A DNA stretch of 64,000 bases from Sulfolobales archaeon (GCA_038867615.1 JAWBYA010000002.1:224001-288000), one strand, 5' to 3'. Shown: positions 21,738-32,071, numbered from the stretch's first letter. A program made the numbers and translations. The notes: generated by a model from the letters alone, not told the origin.

Positions 21738-22919
21738 CTGGAAAGGATAGACGCTATATTTGAAAGGATAGCTTCCTCAAGGGTCTTTATAAATAAGGAG
21801 GTTCTTAGACCCGACTATATACCCGAGAGCCTTCCCCATAGAGAGGGGGAGATCGAGAAAGTAGCCCAAGTACTTGGCTCATCACTCCAGGGGATGAGGC
21901 CTAGCAATCTATTCATCTACGGACTAACCGGGACTGGGAAGACCGCTGTTGCTAAATTCGTGCTCAAGAGGCTCGGGATCAAGGGTAGCGAGAGGGGTGT
22001 TAGGATCTATTGGGTCTATGTCAACACAAGGATCGAGAATACTAGCTATAGGGTTTTATCAAGGATCGGTGAGCACCTCGGGGTTAGGATCCCCTTTACA
22101 GGGTTATCGACAGCTGAGGTCTATAGAAGGGTTATGAGCGCTATGGACTCGAGATCCTCTATAGTGATCATAGTTATGGATGAGATAGACTATATGGTTA
22201 AGAGAGAGGGAGACGAGATCCTCTATAGACTTACCAGAGCCAACGAAGAGCTGGGCTCTTCTAGACTAAGCATTGTTGGTATAACCAACGATATAAAGTT
22301 TGTCGAAACCCTCGACGCCAGGGTTAGGAGCAGCCTTGGCGAGGAGGAGATAATATTCCCACCATATAATGCACAGCAGCTTAGGGATATACTGATGGAG
22401 AGGGCTAGAATAGCATTCAAACCAGGCGCTGTGGGCGAGGATGTCATATCGCTCTGCGCCGCTCTAGCTGCCAGAGAGCATGGGGATGCTAGGAGAGCCC
22501 TGGATCTTCTGAGGGTTGCTGGCGAGATTGCCGACAGAGAGGGGTCTGACAAAGTGCTCGAGGATCACGTGTACAGAGCCCGTAACGAGATAGAGAGGGA
22601 CAGGGCTTCCGAGATCATCTTAACACTACCCATACATGGAAAGCTTATCCTATACTCGATAGTAAAGATTCTTGAGGAGGGTAGAGAGGCAACCACAGGA
22701 GAGATCTATCTAACCTATAGAGAGATAGCCAGAAAACAAGGGCTCGAGCCAATAACACAGAGAAGGGCGAGCGACATAATATCGGAGCTCGACATGGTTG
22801 GAATAATATCCGCCATCACTGTTAACAGGGGTAGGTATGGTAAGACAAGAATTATAAAGCTCCAGGTAAGCCCTGAAGTGATTCTAGAAGCCCTCAAGAC
22901 CGACGGGATCTCTGACTAG
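21738..22919 (+). CDS. cdc6: Orc1/Cdc6 replication initiator (Orc1-1 type); probable CTG start
   Basis: VFINKEVLRPDYIPESLPHREGEI lies upstream of the track's ATG; GLTGTGKT Walker A, MDEID, GDARRALDLL, wHTH GRYGKTR; between TAA 21699 and this N-terminus there is no ATG/GTG/TTG, and CTG 21738 follows an AGGGG RBS. Confidence 0.95.
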   Translation: MERIDAIFERIASSRVFINKEVLRPDYIPESLPHREGEIEKVAQVLGSSLQGMRPSNLFIYGLTGTGKTAVAKFVLKRLGIKGSERGVRIYWVYVNTRIENTSYRVLSRIGEHLGVRIPFTGLSTAEVYRRVMSAMDSRSSIVIIVMDEIDYMVKREGDEILYRLTRANEELGSSRLSIVGITNDIKFVETLDARVRSSLGEEEIIFPPYNAQQLRDILMERARIAFKPGAVGEDVISLCAALAAREHGDARRALDLLRVAGEIADREGSDKVLEDHVYRARNEIERDRASEIILTLPIHGKLILYSIVKILEEGREATTGEIYLTYREIARKQGLEPITQRRASDIISELDMVGIISAITVNRGRYGKTRIIKLQVSPEVILEALKTDGISD

Positions 22920-22968
22920 CCTCTCATATATATAAGGAATACGTGATAGATACAATATAGGGTAGGAC

Positions 22969-23430
22969 TTGATCCTCGTTCTCCACGCGCCAACAAGCCC
23001 CCACATGGTGGTAGAGTTTGTCAGAACAGCCTCAGTAGCGAGAATAGCAAGAGACCTGGTTATAGTTATAACAAGACCAGGAGGCCTTGCAGCACAAAGC
23101 GGTGTCCCAGAGGCGTGGAAACACGCCCATAAGAGTGGCCTAGCATTCTCAGTGCTTCCTGAGCTCTCAGACGCTATAGATCTATACAAACCCTCAGAGA
23201 TCTATATCTTTTCCAGAAACAGAGAGTGGGTTGACTTCAAAGAGGTTATGATAGGGAGCAACACAATGCTGATCTTCCCCTCAGGAGAACAGCCCCTCGG
23301 AAAAGAAGGGGTGGAAAGGGCTAGAGGAGTAGGCTTCTCGGAATTCTCCAGAGACCTGGGGCCTGTGCAGAGCCTCTCAATAGCACTATATATAGTTATG
23401 ACAAAGACATCGCTTATCAAAAACGAGTGA
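22969..23430 (+). CDS. DUF2122-like (SPOUT-related) crenarchaeal protein
   Basis: LVLH...VITRPGGLAAQSGVPEA motif, recalled from DUF2122 members. Confidence 0.65.
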   Translation: MILVLHAPTSPHMVVEFVRTASVARIARDLVIVITRPGGLAAQSGVPEAWKHAHKSGLAFSVLPELSDAIDLYKPSEIYIFSRNREWVDFKEVMIGSNTMLIFPSGEQPLGKEGVERARGVGFSEFSRDLGPVQSLSIALYIVMTKTSLIKNE

Positions 23431-23447
23431 TGAAAGATCAGATTATG

Positions 23448-23544
23448 TGGCGGGCCCGCCGGGATTTGAACCCGGGACTTCCGCCCAGCAGATCTGGTCT
23501 ACGGGTTAAGAGCCCGCCGCTCTACCGGGCTGAGCTACGGGCCC
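23448..23544 (-). tRNA. tRNA-Lys(CUU) with 20-nt intron at 45/46 (23479-23498); CCA encoded
   Basis: GGGCCCGTAGCTCAGCCCGGTAGAGCGGCGGGCTCTTAACCCGTAG[ACCAGATCTGCTGGGCGGAA]GTCCCGGGTTCAAATCCCGGCGGGCCCGCCA; BHB with CCGT/GCGG helix and AG|A, AA|G bulges. Confidence 0.95.
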
Positions 23545-23640
23545 AGCCTTAAACTATATTCCTACAGCTCTTAAAGAGCTTTTCGCTAACACCGTGCTGG
23601 TGAAAATCACGTGTTTATTTACCTCAACTCTATACCATAT

Positions 23641-24267
23641 TTAATGGTAGAGCGAGTCGGTGATGAAACGACGGTCATGTGAGAGGTGATGTGTCTTCTC
23701 TTCGCTGATGTTTTCTAGATTGACTATTCTCTTGCCTCTGGGTGTTGGTACTATTGCTATTTTTGCATCTGTAAAGTATATGTTGAGCTCTTTACCTTGG
23801 AAGAGCCTGTCGAGGAATATAGCCAACGCCGCTACCTCTGAGTGGGGTTGTGTTCCTATCGATATATTATGATCAACAATATCATATACCTCTCTCGGAA
23901 CCTTTTCAGAGCCCACTATGACCAGGATATCCCTGTGCCTTTTCACAAGGTCTATCACATTGTCTACTGGTAATCCATACATTGTTAGATGCACCACACA
24001 CCCGCCCTTCTCTCTCCATTCCTTTATAACTCCTCTCCACTCCCTTGTGTAGCTTACTTCGAACCCATCACCGCCCCATCTCGCCACAACCCTTGAGAGG
24101 GATTCGATCAGGCTTTTATCCTCCTCCCCCGAGTATATTATCCCTGCCGCCCCGAATGCCCTAGCTACTAAGCCCACATGGGTTGATATCCTCTTATCCC
24201 TTTCTCTCCTATGCCCAAGCCTTAGCACAACCACCCTGTATCCTAGATCTTTTCTCAACACAACCAT
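23641..24267 (-). CDS. trm56: tRNA (cytidine56-2'-O)-methyltransferase
   Basis: [34 protein letters not shown]. Confidence 0.95.
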   Translation of the reverse strand: MVVLRKDLGYRVVVLRLGHRRERDKRISTHVGLVARAFGAAGIIYSGEEDKSLIESLSRVVARWGGDGFEVSYTREWRGVIKEWREKGGCVVHLTMYGLPVDNVIDLVKRHRDILVIVGSEKVPREVYDIVDHNISIGTQPHSEVAALAIFLDRLFQGKELNIYFTDAKIAIVPTPRGKRIVNLENISEEKTHHLSHDRRFITDSLYH

Positions 24268-24438
24268 AGATCCACCTTGGGCTAGCTAGCCCACATTATC
24301 ATGGTTTTTAGAGTATAAAAGAGGTTCGAACCCAACAACCACCAATAGAGCGGACAGATATATCGATAACCACCCGCCAGAATCGCTACCTCAGTATCAA
24401 TAAGTCTGGTAGTGAAGTAGGTATATGGGTAGTGGTGT

Positions 24439-24852
24439 ATGGAGTTCGGAGACGATGAGTATATAGATGTCCACGAGGGTGGAGAACTCTCATGGATGCA
24501 GAGGATCTCTAACATGGTTAAGAGCTATAACCACAGAATAGAAGCCCATGGAGATGCTGCAAGAATAGTTGCTGGAGACTCTGTGTTCGATATAGGGCCT
24601 ATGGGGAGCAAGATCTGTGTGCAAGCCCACCTAGAACTCCCAATAGGGAGCGAGACAGGAATACAGATAGATGAGCTTATCGAGAGAGTGAGGAGAGTAT
24701 ATAGAGCGCTGTATGCAATAAAAGGTCCTTTCAACTATGTTCTAGATGATTCGTTATCGGAGCTGGGGTTGGTGCATATAGTGAAATGCTATGAAAAGCC
24801 GGGGGATCTCGAGAAAGATCTCGAAGAGATCTTGAAATCCTTAAGCCTTTGA
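24439..24852 (+). CDS. Hypothetical protein
   Basis: 137-aa ORF, GGTG RBS, host-like codon usage. Confidence 0.65.
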   Translation: MEFGDDEYIDVHEGGELSWMQRISNMVKSYNHRIEAHGDAARIVAGDSVFDIGPMGSKICVQAHLELPIGSETGIQIDELIERVRRVYRALYAIKGPFNYVLDDSLSELGLVHIVKCYEKPGDLEKDLEEILKSLSL

Positions 24853-25152
24853 GCACTCATAATGCTAAGGATAGATGCTGAGCTTCTTGCCATAGCTAGA
24901 ACGAGGGTTAGGATTATCTATAATGGGGAAAGATCTATCACGATCCTTATGAACAGATCTCCATTTACATACCACACACTCTGGTAGAAATACTCCTCAA
25001 GCAGTACTCAAGACCTTAAGGCTTACTCATCATAAAACGAGTATCTAGTAGTGGAGAGCTAGTGAAAATAGCTGTAAAATCGTGAAACTGAAACAACTTG
25101 CTACGGCTTTAAAGAGTGCCTTTACCCCAAAATGATCTAGTCCTAGGGATTT

Positions 25153-25656
25153 CTAGAGTCTCATGAGCACCTCTATAACAATATCCCAGATCTTATCACC
25201 AACGTGATGTATATTTTTAACAGCCTTCCCCTTCCTAATACTCGTAACCTCTTGGGAGCTCATGAGAGCTCTTCCAACAGCTATGAAAGCTCGCTTCTGA
25301 GGCTCTCTAACCCCTACAAGATCCCCTTGCTTGAATTCAGAAGTCTCTATAATCCCTGGCGCCATCACATCTGCCCCATTAAGTATCCTTGGAACTGCTC
25401 CTTGGTCTATGACTACATAGGGTACTGGGCATAGGTTCTTGTTGAGGAGATGTATTGCCGGTATTCTTTCCTTGCCCTCAAGTTCTATTACTAGCGGTGT
25501 TTTGTCAGCTATATATATTTTAGCATTCTCCCCATAGACCACTATACCCTCCTCAGGCTCTTCTACAGAGCATTTGAAAACCTCTCTAGAGATCTTAACA
25601 AGCTCCCTGAGATCCTTTCTAGATATATGGTGATAATGATACCTCATAGGCATCAC
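25153..25656 (-). CDS. PUA-domain RNA-binding protein (MCT-1/Tma20-like)
   Basis: VIDQGAVPRILNGADVMAPGI, KGKAVKNIHHVGDKIW. Confidence 0.92.
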   Translation of the reverse strand: MMPMRYHYHHISRKDLRELVKISREVFKCSVEEPEEGIVVYGENAKIYIADKTPLVIELEGKERIPAIHLLNKNLCPVPYVVIDQGAVPRILNGADVMAPGIIETSEFKQGDLVGVREPQKRAFIAVGRALMSSQEVTSIRKGKAVKNIHHVGDKIWDIVIEVLMRL

Positions 25657-25669
25657 ACAAGGCTCATGG

Positions 25670-28036
25670 TTATCTCTTAATCCTCATGATAAGCATTGTT
25701 GCTAGGAGCAGTGCTACCACCTGTAGAATAACGATCATCGGTAGATATATTCCCTCGATCCTCGCTATCCTACTCTCAAGCTCAATCGATCTCGAGATGC
25801 CTTCATCCATTCTAGCCCTCACAACACCGAGATCTGTTACCACAGTAGCTACATTGTTCTGGATGGAAGATATTCTGCCAACTATATCGCCTAGAGATGT
25901 TCTAACAACAGCTATATCCCCAGATATGCCGACAACCCTTGCTCCTAGATCATCTACCCTAGCCCTTATATCCCCGAGGCTTGTTGTTATAACAGCCACA
26001 TCGCCCTCAAGTCTTGATATAGATGCATTTATGCTCCTAAGATCTATTCCAAGCCTCCCGATCGAGGTGTTTATCACAGCCACATTGCTCTCGATCGCTA
26101 GTAGCCTTGCATTAGCACTGCTAAGCATACCTACTATCGTCTGCAACTCCCTGTTAGGTGTTATGACAAGCTGCTTCTCAGCAAGCACATAACCACTCGT
26201 CGGGTCGAACACCGAGATAGAGAGGCTACCAGCTGGTAGCGATCCTATATCTATATATACTGTGAAACTACCACTCCCATCGCTCCACACCTCCTTAGAG
26301 AGGATCGTGGATCCTATTGCTATCCCTAACCTAGCCTCTCTAGGCATATTACTCCCATGTATAGCTATGGTGCCGGTATACCCCGCCTCAATATTAGGCG
26401 GAGAGATCTCTATAGATGGCGATCCCCTATCACCTATAAATGCTATATATATATCTTGGTTGAGAGCAGCATTCCTATACGCCCCCGGTACAACGGTTAG
26501 CGAGCCCCTCCTACTATCCGTCCATACGATATATACATTATCGCTTGTCACAGCCATACCGAAATAGTCTCCTACGAAGAAGGATATCCCGAGAAGCGGG
26601 TTGACCGTTATATCGGTAACCCTCATATTCTTAGCAAAAGTCCTCCCACCATCCCTAGAATATGTATAATATATATCATAACCAATACCGCTTGGGTCAA
26701 GCCTCTTATCGCCCCAGGCTATATGTATAGAGCCATCAGAACCCCTAACAGCTATCATTGGGAAGAACTGAGCCGCATAGCCAGCATCATCATTAACCCT
26801 CACAGGCCTACTCCAGCTAGCCCCACCATCCCTAGAAACCACTAGAAAGATATCACCCATATCTGGACCCTCAGAATCACCGGGGCTATCCTCATAAGCT
26901 ATATAGATACTCCCGTCAGGACCAACAGCCATGGCTGGTGTTGGTACTACCCATCTAAACCCATAGAGCCCCGAATATCCTGGGAACCACCAACGGGTCT
27001 CAGCAGCCAAAACAGGTTCTGAGAATGTAACCCCGCCATCTATTGATTTAGCCACCCATATACCCTGAATAATTCTTGACATGCCAAAAACCCTCTCAGT
27101 CTTCACACCGAAGAAGCTTACATAGAGAGTTCCATTCCGATCCACAACGGGGTATGACCACTGGACAATTGTATCAGGAGACCTCCCCTCCCAGCTAACT
27201 CTGAACGGGCCTTCAAAGGTTCTCCCACCATCCCTAGATCTTATGAGTTTTATGCTTAGGTTAACCTCATAATACCCCTTAAACTCAGTATAGGTTATAT
27301 ATATAATATCCCTCAGAGGGTTAGTAGGATCCGGCCCCACAGCTATCCAGGGCTTATCATAGAAAGCAGCAAAGGAGTAGTTAAGGGCTCTCACAAAACT
27401 CCAATTAGCACCACCATCCCTAGATATACCCAGGGTTATCTCGGAAAAAGCGCCTACGGAGAGGTAGGATAGATAGAGCGTCCCATCCCTACCAAATGCG
27501 AGTGATGGGTCGCTTAATGAATCGCCATATGTTGCGATCATCCTGGAGGGTCCGCTCCACGTTTTCCCACCATCAAAAGATCTATATACAACTATCCCCA
27601 CCAAATAGAATGGATCGCCATAGTCATGGGCAGCAACAACAATATTTCTTGGATTAGTAGGGTTCACAGCAATTGATGGCTCGTTCTCGAATGGATAGTA
27701 GTGGGGAGAGTCGCGCGTAACCCTTATATTTGATCCAAAGATGCTGCCCTCGCCAAACCTGCCTCTAGGGCTTTGTAGCATTGGAAGCGTCTGCTGCAAC
27801 TGACTCTGGGTTAAACCACTCTCTATGGTCTCTTTAACACTGCTTGGCATAAGCTTAATAGATCCCCACATATCTCTTAGATAGAGAGCTCCTGAGACCA
27901 GCCATCTAACCTGAGCCGGTATCGCAGTCCTTTCAAAACCACCATCGTTACTGAACTCCATAGTCTGAACAACTATGGGCATTATCCCCATGATCAGCAT
28001 AGCTAACAACACTAAGCTTAGAAATGATCTCTGCAA
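25670..28036 (-). CDS. Secreted Asp-box (BNR) beta-propeller protein with coiled-coil stalk and C-terminal anchor
   Basis: Signal peptide; repeated SxDGGx(T/S)(W/F); tandem I..I.G.VA.I.T.LG repeats; C-terminal TM helix. Confidence 0.85.
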   Translation of the reverse strand: MQRSFLSLVLLAMLIMGIMPIVVQTMEFSNDGGFERTAIPAQVRWLVSGALYLRDMWGSIKLMPSSVKETIESGLTQSQLQQTLPMLQSPRGRFGEGSIFGSNIRVTRDSPHYYPFENEPSIAVNPTNPRNIVVAAHDYGDPFYLVGIVVYRSFDGGKTWSGPSRMIATYGDSLSDPSLAFGRDGTLYLSYLSVGAFSEITLGISRDGGANWSFVRALNYSFAAFYDKPWIAVGPDPTNPLRDIIYITYTEFKGYYEVNLSIKLIRSRDGGRTFEGPFRVSWEGRSPDTIVQWSYPVVDRNGTLYVSFFGVKTERVFGMSRIIQGIWVAKSIDGGVTFSEPVLAAETRWWFPGYSGLYGFRWVVPTPAMAVGPDGSIYIAYEDSPGDSEGPDMGDIFLVVSRDGGASWSRPVRVNDDAGYAAQFFPMIAVRGSDGSIHIAWGDKRLDPSGIGYDIYYTYSRDGGRTFAKNMRVTDITVNPLLGISFFVGDYFGMAVTSDNVYIVWTDSRRGSLTVVPGAYRNAALNQDIYIAFIGDRGSPSIEISPPNIEAGYTGTIAIHGSNMPREARLGIAIGSTILSKEVWSDGSGSFTVYIDIGSLPAGSLSISVFDPTSGYVLAEKQLVITPNRELQTIVGMLSSANARLLAIESNVAVINTSIGRLGIDLRSINASISRLEGDVAVITTSLGDIRARVDDLGARVVGISGDIAVVRTSLGDIVGRISSIQNNVATVVTDLGVVRARMDEGISRSIELESRIARIEGIYLPMIVILQVVALLLATMLIMRIKR

Positions 28037-28182
28037 GCGTATCGCCTCTTAATGATATAATGCTAGGACAGTAATAAAGTATTTTAAGAAGAAATTATCA
28101 TAAACAATATAAATTAGGTTCTTCGCACACCACCAATTGCATAATCTCTCCTCGTGTTTCTATTGATCTTCTCTACACAACA

Positions 28183-28464
28183 TTAGAGACTGCTAACAAG
28201 CTCTGAACATCCCTTCTTATCTCTTCTAGTCAGATAGAGGATCACTATATCCTCTTTATTATCTGCTGCAAAGATAGACACCCCTTCTCTGATCAGCGCT
28301 TTAACCACCCTGTCAAGAATACTTTGATCACTAACCTTGATAAGCAGACTCACCATTTTCTTAGAGCACAGCTCCCTCGCAATATTTTTTGCCTCAAGCT
28401 CTGGGCTTCTCTCCATTCTGAAGGTTTCTATGGGCCTCACACCCTCTCTCAGATCTCTTCCCAC
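28183..28464 (-). CDS. Hypothetical protein
   Basis: 93-aa ORF with GGTGG RBS. Confidence 0.55.
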   Translation of the reverse strand: MGRDLREGVRPIETFRMERSPELEAKNIARELCSKKMVSLLIKVSDQSILDRVVKALIREGVSIFAADNKEDIVILYLTRRDKKGCSELVSSL

Positions 28465-28559
28465 GTTGAAACCACCACGTAATTGGTGTTACGAAACCTA
28501 ATATTGAACCTTGTACCGAGTATGTGGTTGCTTATTAACCCTCGTATATTTTTCATCTA

Positions 28560-29831
28560 TTGTGGCTAGAGATGCCCCTAATAGATCGTTTTTTACTCGG
28601 TATAAAAGGGGTATTAGAACATGTCGAGATCCTTAACCGTAAGAGAGGTGAAGCAGCTAGCTCTCCTAGAGTTGCCACTATATATCGCGATGAGCTTATC
28701 CTCAACATGGTTACCCTATGCTTCTTCCTAACAATACATAGCGTGGTGCCTTATCTCTCCCAATATGCGGTGGAAATCGGTGCAACCGAGGCTGCTGTAG
28801 CTCTACTTGGACCCTTCTTCGCTCTCTCAGCACTAACTATTAGACCCCTATCAGGTATACTAGCCGATCGTGGGTGGACTAAGAGGCTTCTAGCAATAGG
28901 GGCAGTGACCTCTGCAGCAGCCCAGGCTGTATATTTCATAGCATCAGGCCCGGAACTCCTATATGTTGGGAGACTCATACAGGGAGCTGCTGTTGCACTA
29001 TTTATCCCCGCATCTTTCCAAGCAGCATCTATAGGGAGTAGGGAGACCGTGATAAGCTCCCTAGCCTGGAGGAGCACTGTGATCGGTGTATCGTTTGCTT
29101 TGGGACCTGCTATCGGAGGATATATTGTTACACATCTCGGGTACCGGGCCTTATTCATATTCTCTACAACAATGGCTCTCTCAGCATCTATACTATCACT
29201 CATGATCAATAGTGCTAAGCTCTCCCGCCCCGTAGTTAGTATCGATTCTGATGAAAAGAGTCTCGGGTTTATGAGCGCGGGCTTTATCACAGCACTAGCG
29301 TCTCTCCTACTCTATAGCTCTGTGTATGCCTCAATGACGCTCTTCCTACCAGCTTATCATAAAGAGGCTGGGATGGGGGCTTCCTACATAGCTATCTTCT
29401 TCACCGGAATAGCTGTATCAAGCCTTGTATCGAGAATCACATTCACATACGTGCTACGGGTTATAAGCGTTGAAGGAACAGCCATCCTTGGAATGATTCT
29501 CCTCTCCATGGGCTATATACTGGTATCAATAGATCCCCTATCACACAGCATTCTATACTACGGTATAATAGCCGGTATAGGCTCCGGCCTTGCCATACCA
29601 TCCCTTCAGGTAATGGCTATAACGGGGGTACCGCAGAGGAGAAGGGGTACTGCTTCAGCTATATATACAGCCATGTTTGATCTTGGAAATATGACAGGCC
29701 CCATAATGATCGCGTCAATTGCCAAAACATATAGGGATATGATAGGGATATCTAGCTACGCATCGCTAGTGGCATTAATGCCGATAGCGTTTCTCCAAAT
29801 GCTCAGGCTTAAAAGATCTCTCAATAAATAA
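28560..29831 (+). CDS. MFS transporter
   Basis: RPLSGILADRG motif A, GRLIQG, GPAIGG. Confidence 0.88.
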   Translation: MWLEMPLIDRFLLGIKGVLEHVEILNRKRGEAASSPRVATIYRDELILNMVTLCFFLTIHSVVPYLSQYAVEIGATEAAVALLGPFFALSALTIRPLSGILADRGWTKRLLAIGAVTSAAAQAVYFIASGPELLYVGRLIQGAAVALFIPASFQAASIGSRETVISSLAWRSTVIGVSFALGPAIGGYIVTHLGYRALFIFSTTMALSASILSLMINSAKLSRPVVSIDSDEKSLGFMSAGFITALASLLLYSSVYASMTLFLPAYHKEAGMGASYIAIFFTGIAVSSLVSRITFTYVLRVISVEGTAILGMILLSMGYILVSIDPLSHSILYYGIIAGIGSGLAIPSLQVMAITGVPQRRRGTASAIYTAMFDLGNMTGPIMIASIAKTYRDMIGISSYASLVALMPIAFLQMLRLKRSLNK

Positions 29832-29980
29832 AAAGGATTCCGCTATTAATGGAGAAAACATAACTTCTCGCCCTTAAAAAGAGAAAGAGTAAAAAAGCAC
29901 AGATGCTAATTGATCATATGCGAGCCTTTCTCTTTCATAATGAAACACATACCGACTACTACTTTTCTCCCGCTAATCTA

Positions 29981-30364
29981 TTATCCACTCATGCGATCCT
30001 GATCCACGTGCCCGGTAAACAAGGATTCGAGCCTCTCCTTCTCATTAGGGCTTATAACTCTCTCCACATTTATTGCCACTGTAACACCTTTCTCAGTTAT
30101 AACAAGCCTTCTAGAAGTATTCCCATTGGTTATACTCACAAGACCGAGGGACCTCAGGATCTCTAGATCCGCCTCAAGGTCCTTAGAATAGGGACCCCAC
30201 GGGTATCTAGCAAATGAGTATTGTTTACAGCAAATCCCCCTACTCGATGCTATATCAACGATCCTGTGGATATCTTTAATATCAACAGGGCTCTTAACCC
30301 TATATAATATATATAGAATCTTCAGCGCGTCTGGAACACTTGTCAAGCCCAACTCACCCCGCAT
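29981..30364 (-). CDS. Winged-helix protein with GPYS motif (YwgA/SocA-like)
   Basis: YSFARYPWGPYSKDLEADLEILRSLGLV...ITEKG. Confidence 0.6.
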   Translation of the reverse strand: MRGELGLTSVPDALKILYILYRVKSPVDIKDIHRIVDIASSRGICCKQYSFARYPWGPYSKDLEADLEILRSLGLVSITNGNTSRRLVITEKGVTVAINVERVISPNEKERLESLFTGHVDQDRMSG

Positions 30365-30603
30365 CTGGTGATGCTACTAACGCCACGTTCTTAAATACGC
30401 TTTGGGCAATACTATGCCCAGAGATCCTCAGGCCCGCCTTATCTATCTAAAACCATATGATCTATATTTTATATCAGCACCGCAAGATCGATAATACGTT
30501 TCCATAATCAACATAGTAGTGATAAGTGATACAAGATCCCAACACACAGCGAAACCAAGAGAACTAGTGGTAGAACCCGTATTAACCATTATAAACCCGA
30601 AAC

Positions 30604-31353
30604 ATGAAACACTCTGTGGAGCTTATAATGGATCCAAACTCCCTGTTGGGCAAACTATCTGGAGAGGTGATCTCATGCTCGCTATGCACTAGGCTAGCTA
30701 GATATAGGGTTGAGGCCTCACTAAAAGATCCGAGGAGGGTTTATTGGGCTAAACCAGTCCCGGGCTATGGAGATCCTATGGCCAGGATCTTTGTTGTAGG
30801 GCTAGCCCCTGCTGTTAGAGGTGGTAATAGAACCGGTAGGGTTTTCACCGGCGATGAGACTAGCCAGAACCTTATGAGAGCTTTATACGAGGTTGGCTTA
30901 TCCAACCAGCCTTACTCCATATCTGCTGATGATGGCTTAGTGCTTAGAGACGTGTATCTAACAGCGGCTGTCAAATGCGCTCCTCCGGATAATAGGCCTA
31001 ACGCCCAGGAGATTGCTAACTGTAGTCGTTACCTAGAGGCTGAGGTAAGGCTTTTAAAAAGATCCAGGGTTTTTGTTGCTCTCGGGAACATAGCATGGAG
31101 TGCCATGTTAAAGGCTGTTGGAAGTACTCTTGAACCATATCTAAAGGATCTCGATCTAGGGTTCAGACATGGCGCTATATATAGCGTTGAGACAAGGCTT
31201 AGAGGGACTGTATGGCTTATCTCGTCCTACCATCCAAGCCCGAGAAATATGAGGACGGGCAGACTTACCCACGAGATGTTGGTGTCTATATTCAGGAGAG
31301 CAGTAGATCTAGCTAATGCTGATCAAAATACAACAACTCACACCACACGTTGA
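30604..31353 (+). CDS. Uracil-DNA glycosylase family 5 (UDGb)
   Basis: CSLCTRL, GLAPAVRGGNRTGRVFTGD, KCAPPDNRP, YHPSPRN. Confidence 0.92.
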   Translation: MKHSVELIMDPNSLLGKLSGEVISCSLCTRLARYRVEASLKDPRRVYWAKPVPGYGDPMARIFVVGLAPAVRGGNRTGRVFTGDETSQNLMRALYEVGLSNQPYSISADDGLVLRDVYLTAAVKCAPPDNRPNAQEIANCSRYLEAEVRLLKRSRVFVALGNIAWSAMLKAVGSTLEPYLKDLDLGFRHGAIYSVETRLRGTVWLISSYHPSPRNMRTGRLTHEMLVSIFRRAVDLANADQNTTTHTTR

Positions 31354-31949
31354 TCGTTCCATACCTTCAGCTCCTTTATAGCTTTTCTAAGACTCTCCAA
31401 CCTAGCCTTCCCCTCCGCTAATGCCCTGTTAAGTATCGAGACGATCCCGTCGATATCGCTCTTACTTATCAACACCCTCCCCGGATCCTTGACCGGGATC
31501 CCGATCCATATGCCTGTGACAAGCTCAACCAAATACCCCCTCTTGCTCGATGCGACCAAACCGCTGTGCTTGAAACCAGCCTCCCTAACCTTTTTTAAAA
31601 GGATCATTGCGTGCCTAGGGGTTCTTGCCATGATATGCATTATAGGCCCGCTTGCTATCACCCATAGTATCGAGATCACCGGTATTTCTAACAATCTCTC
31701 CAGATCCTCCCTCGAAATCTCTGTATGACTTTTGAAAACAATATATGATTCCTTTCTCCTCCACGGTGCTGGAGCATCTATAGCTATAACCCTCCCTGTG
31801 CAGGAGCTCGTTGGGTAATAGTCCTTGAGGTTAAATATATCGATAAGAAGATCCCTTATCCCGTGGTCTAGATAACCTATATAGAGATCGGTATTCATTC
31901 TCCTAAAAGCCCTCTCCCAATCCTCAGCCCATATCCCAGGATCCACCAA
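31338..31949 (-). CDS. taw3: tRNA wyosine methyltransferase Taw3 (TYW3)
   Basis: YLDHGI, YPTSSCTGR, PIMH, AGFKHSG. Confidence 0.9.
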   Translation of the reverse strand: MVDPGIWAEDWERAFRRMNTDLYIGYLDHGIRDLLIDIFNLKDYYPTSSCTGRVIAIDAPAPWRRKESYIVFKSHTEISREDLERLLEIPVISILWVIASGPIMHIMARTPRHAMILLKKVREAGFKHSGLVASSKRGYLVELVTGIWIGIPVKDPGRVLISKSDIDGIVSILNRALAEGKARLESLRKAIKELKVWNDQRVV

Positions 31950-32071
31950 CAGCTATCCACGCTCTCCCGAATCATAATAAATCCTGGATAGAAAGATAGA
32001 AATAAAGGCCCGCTTGTTACCAAGAGCCCGAGACTTAGATATGGTTATAAGTTACCTTCGAATCACTATTC

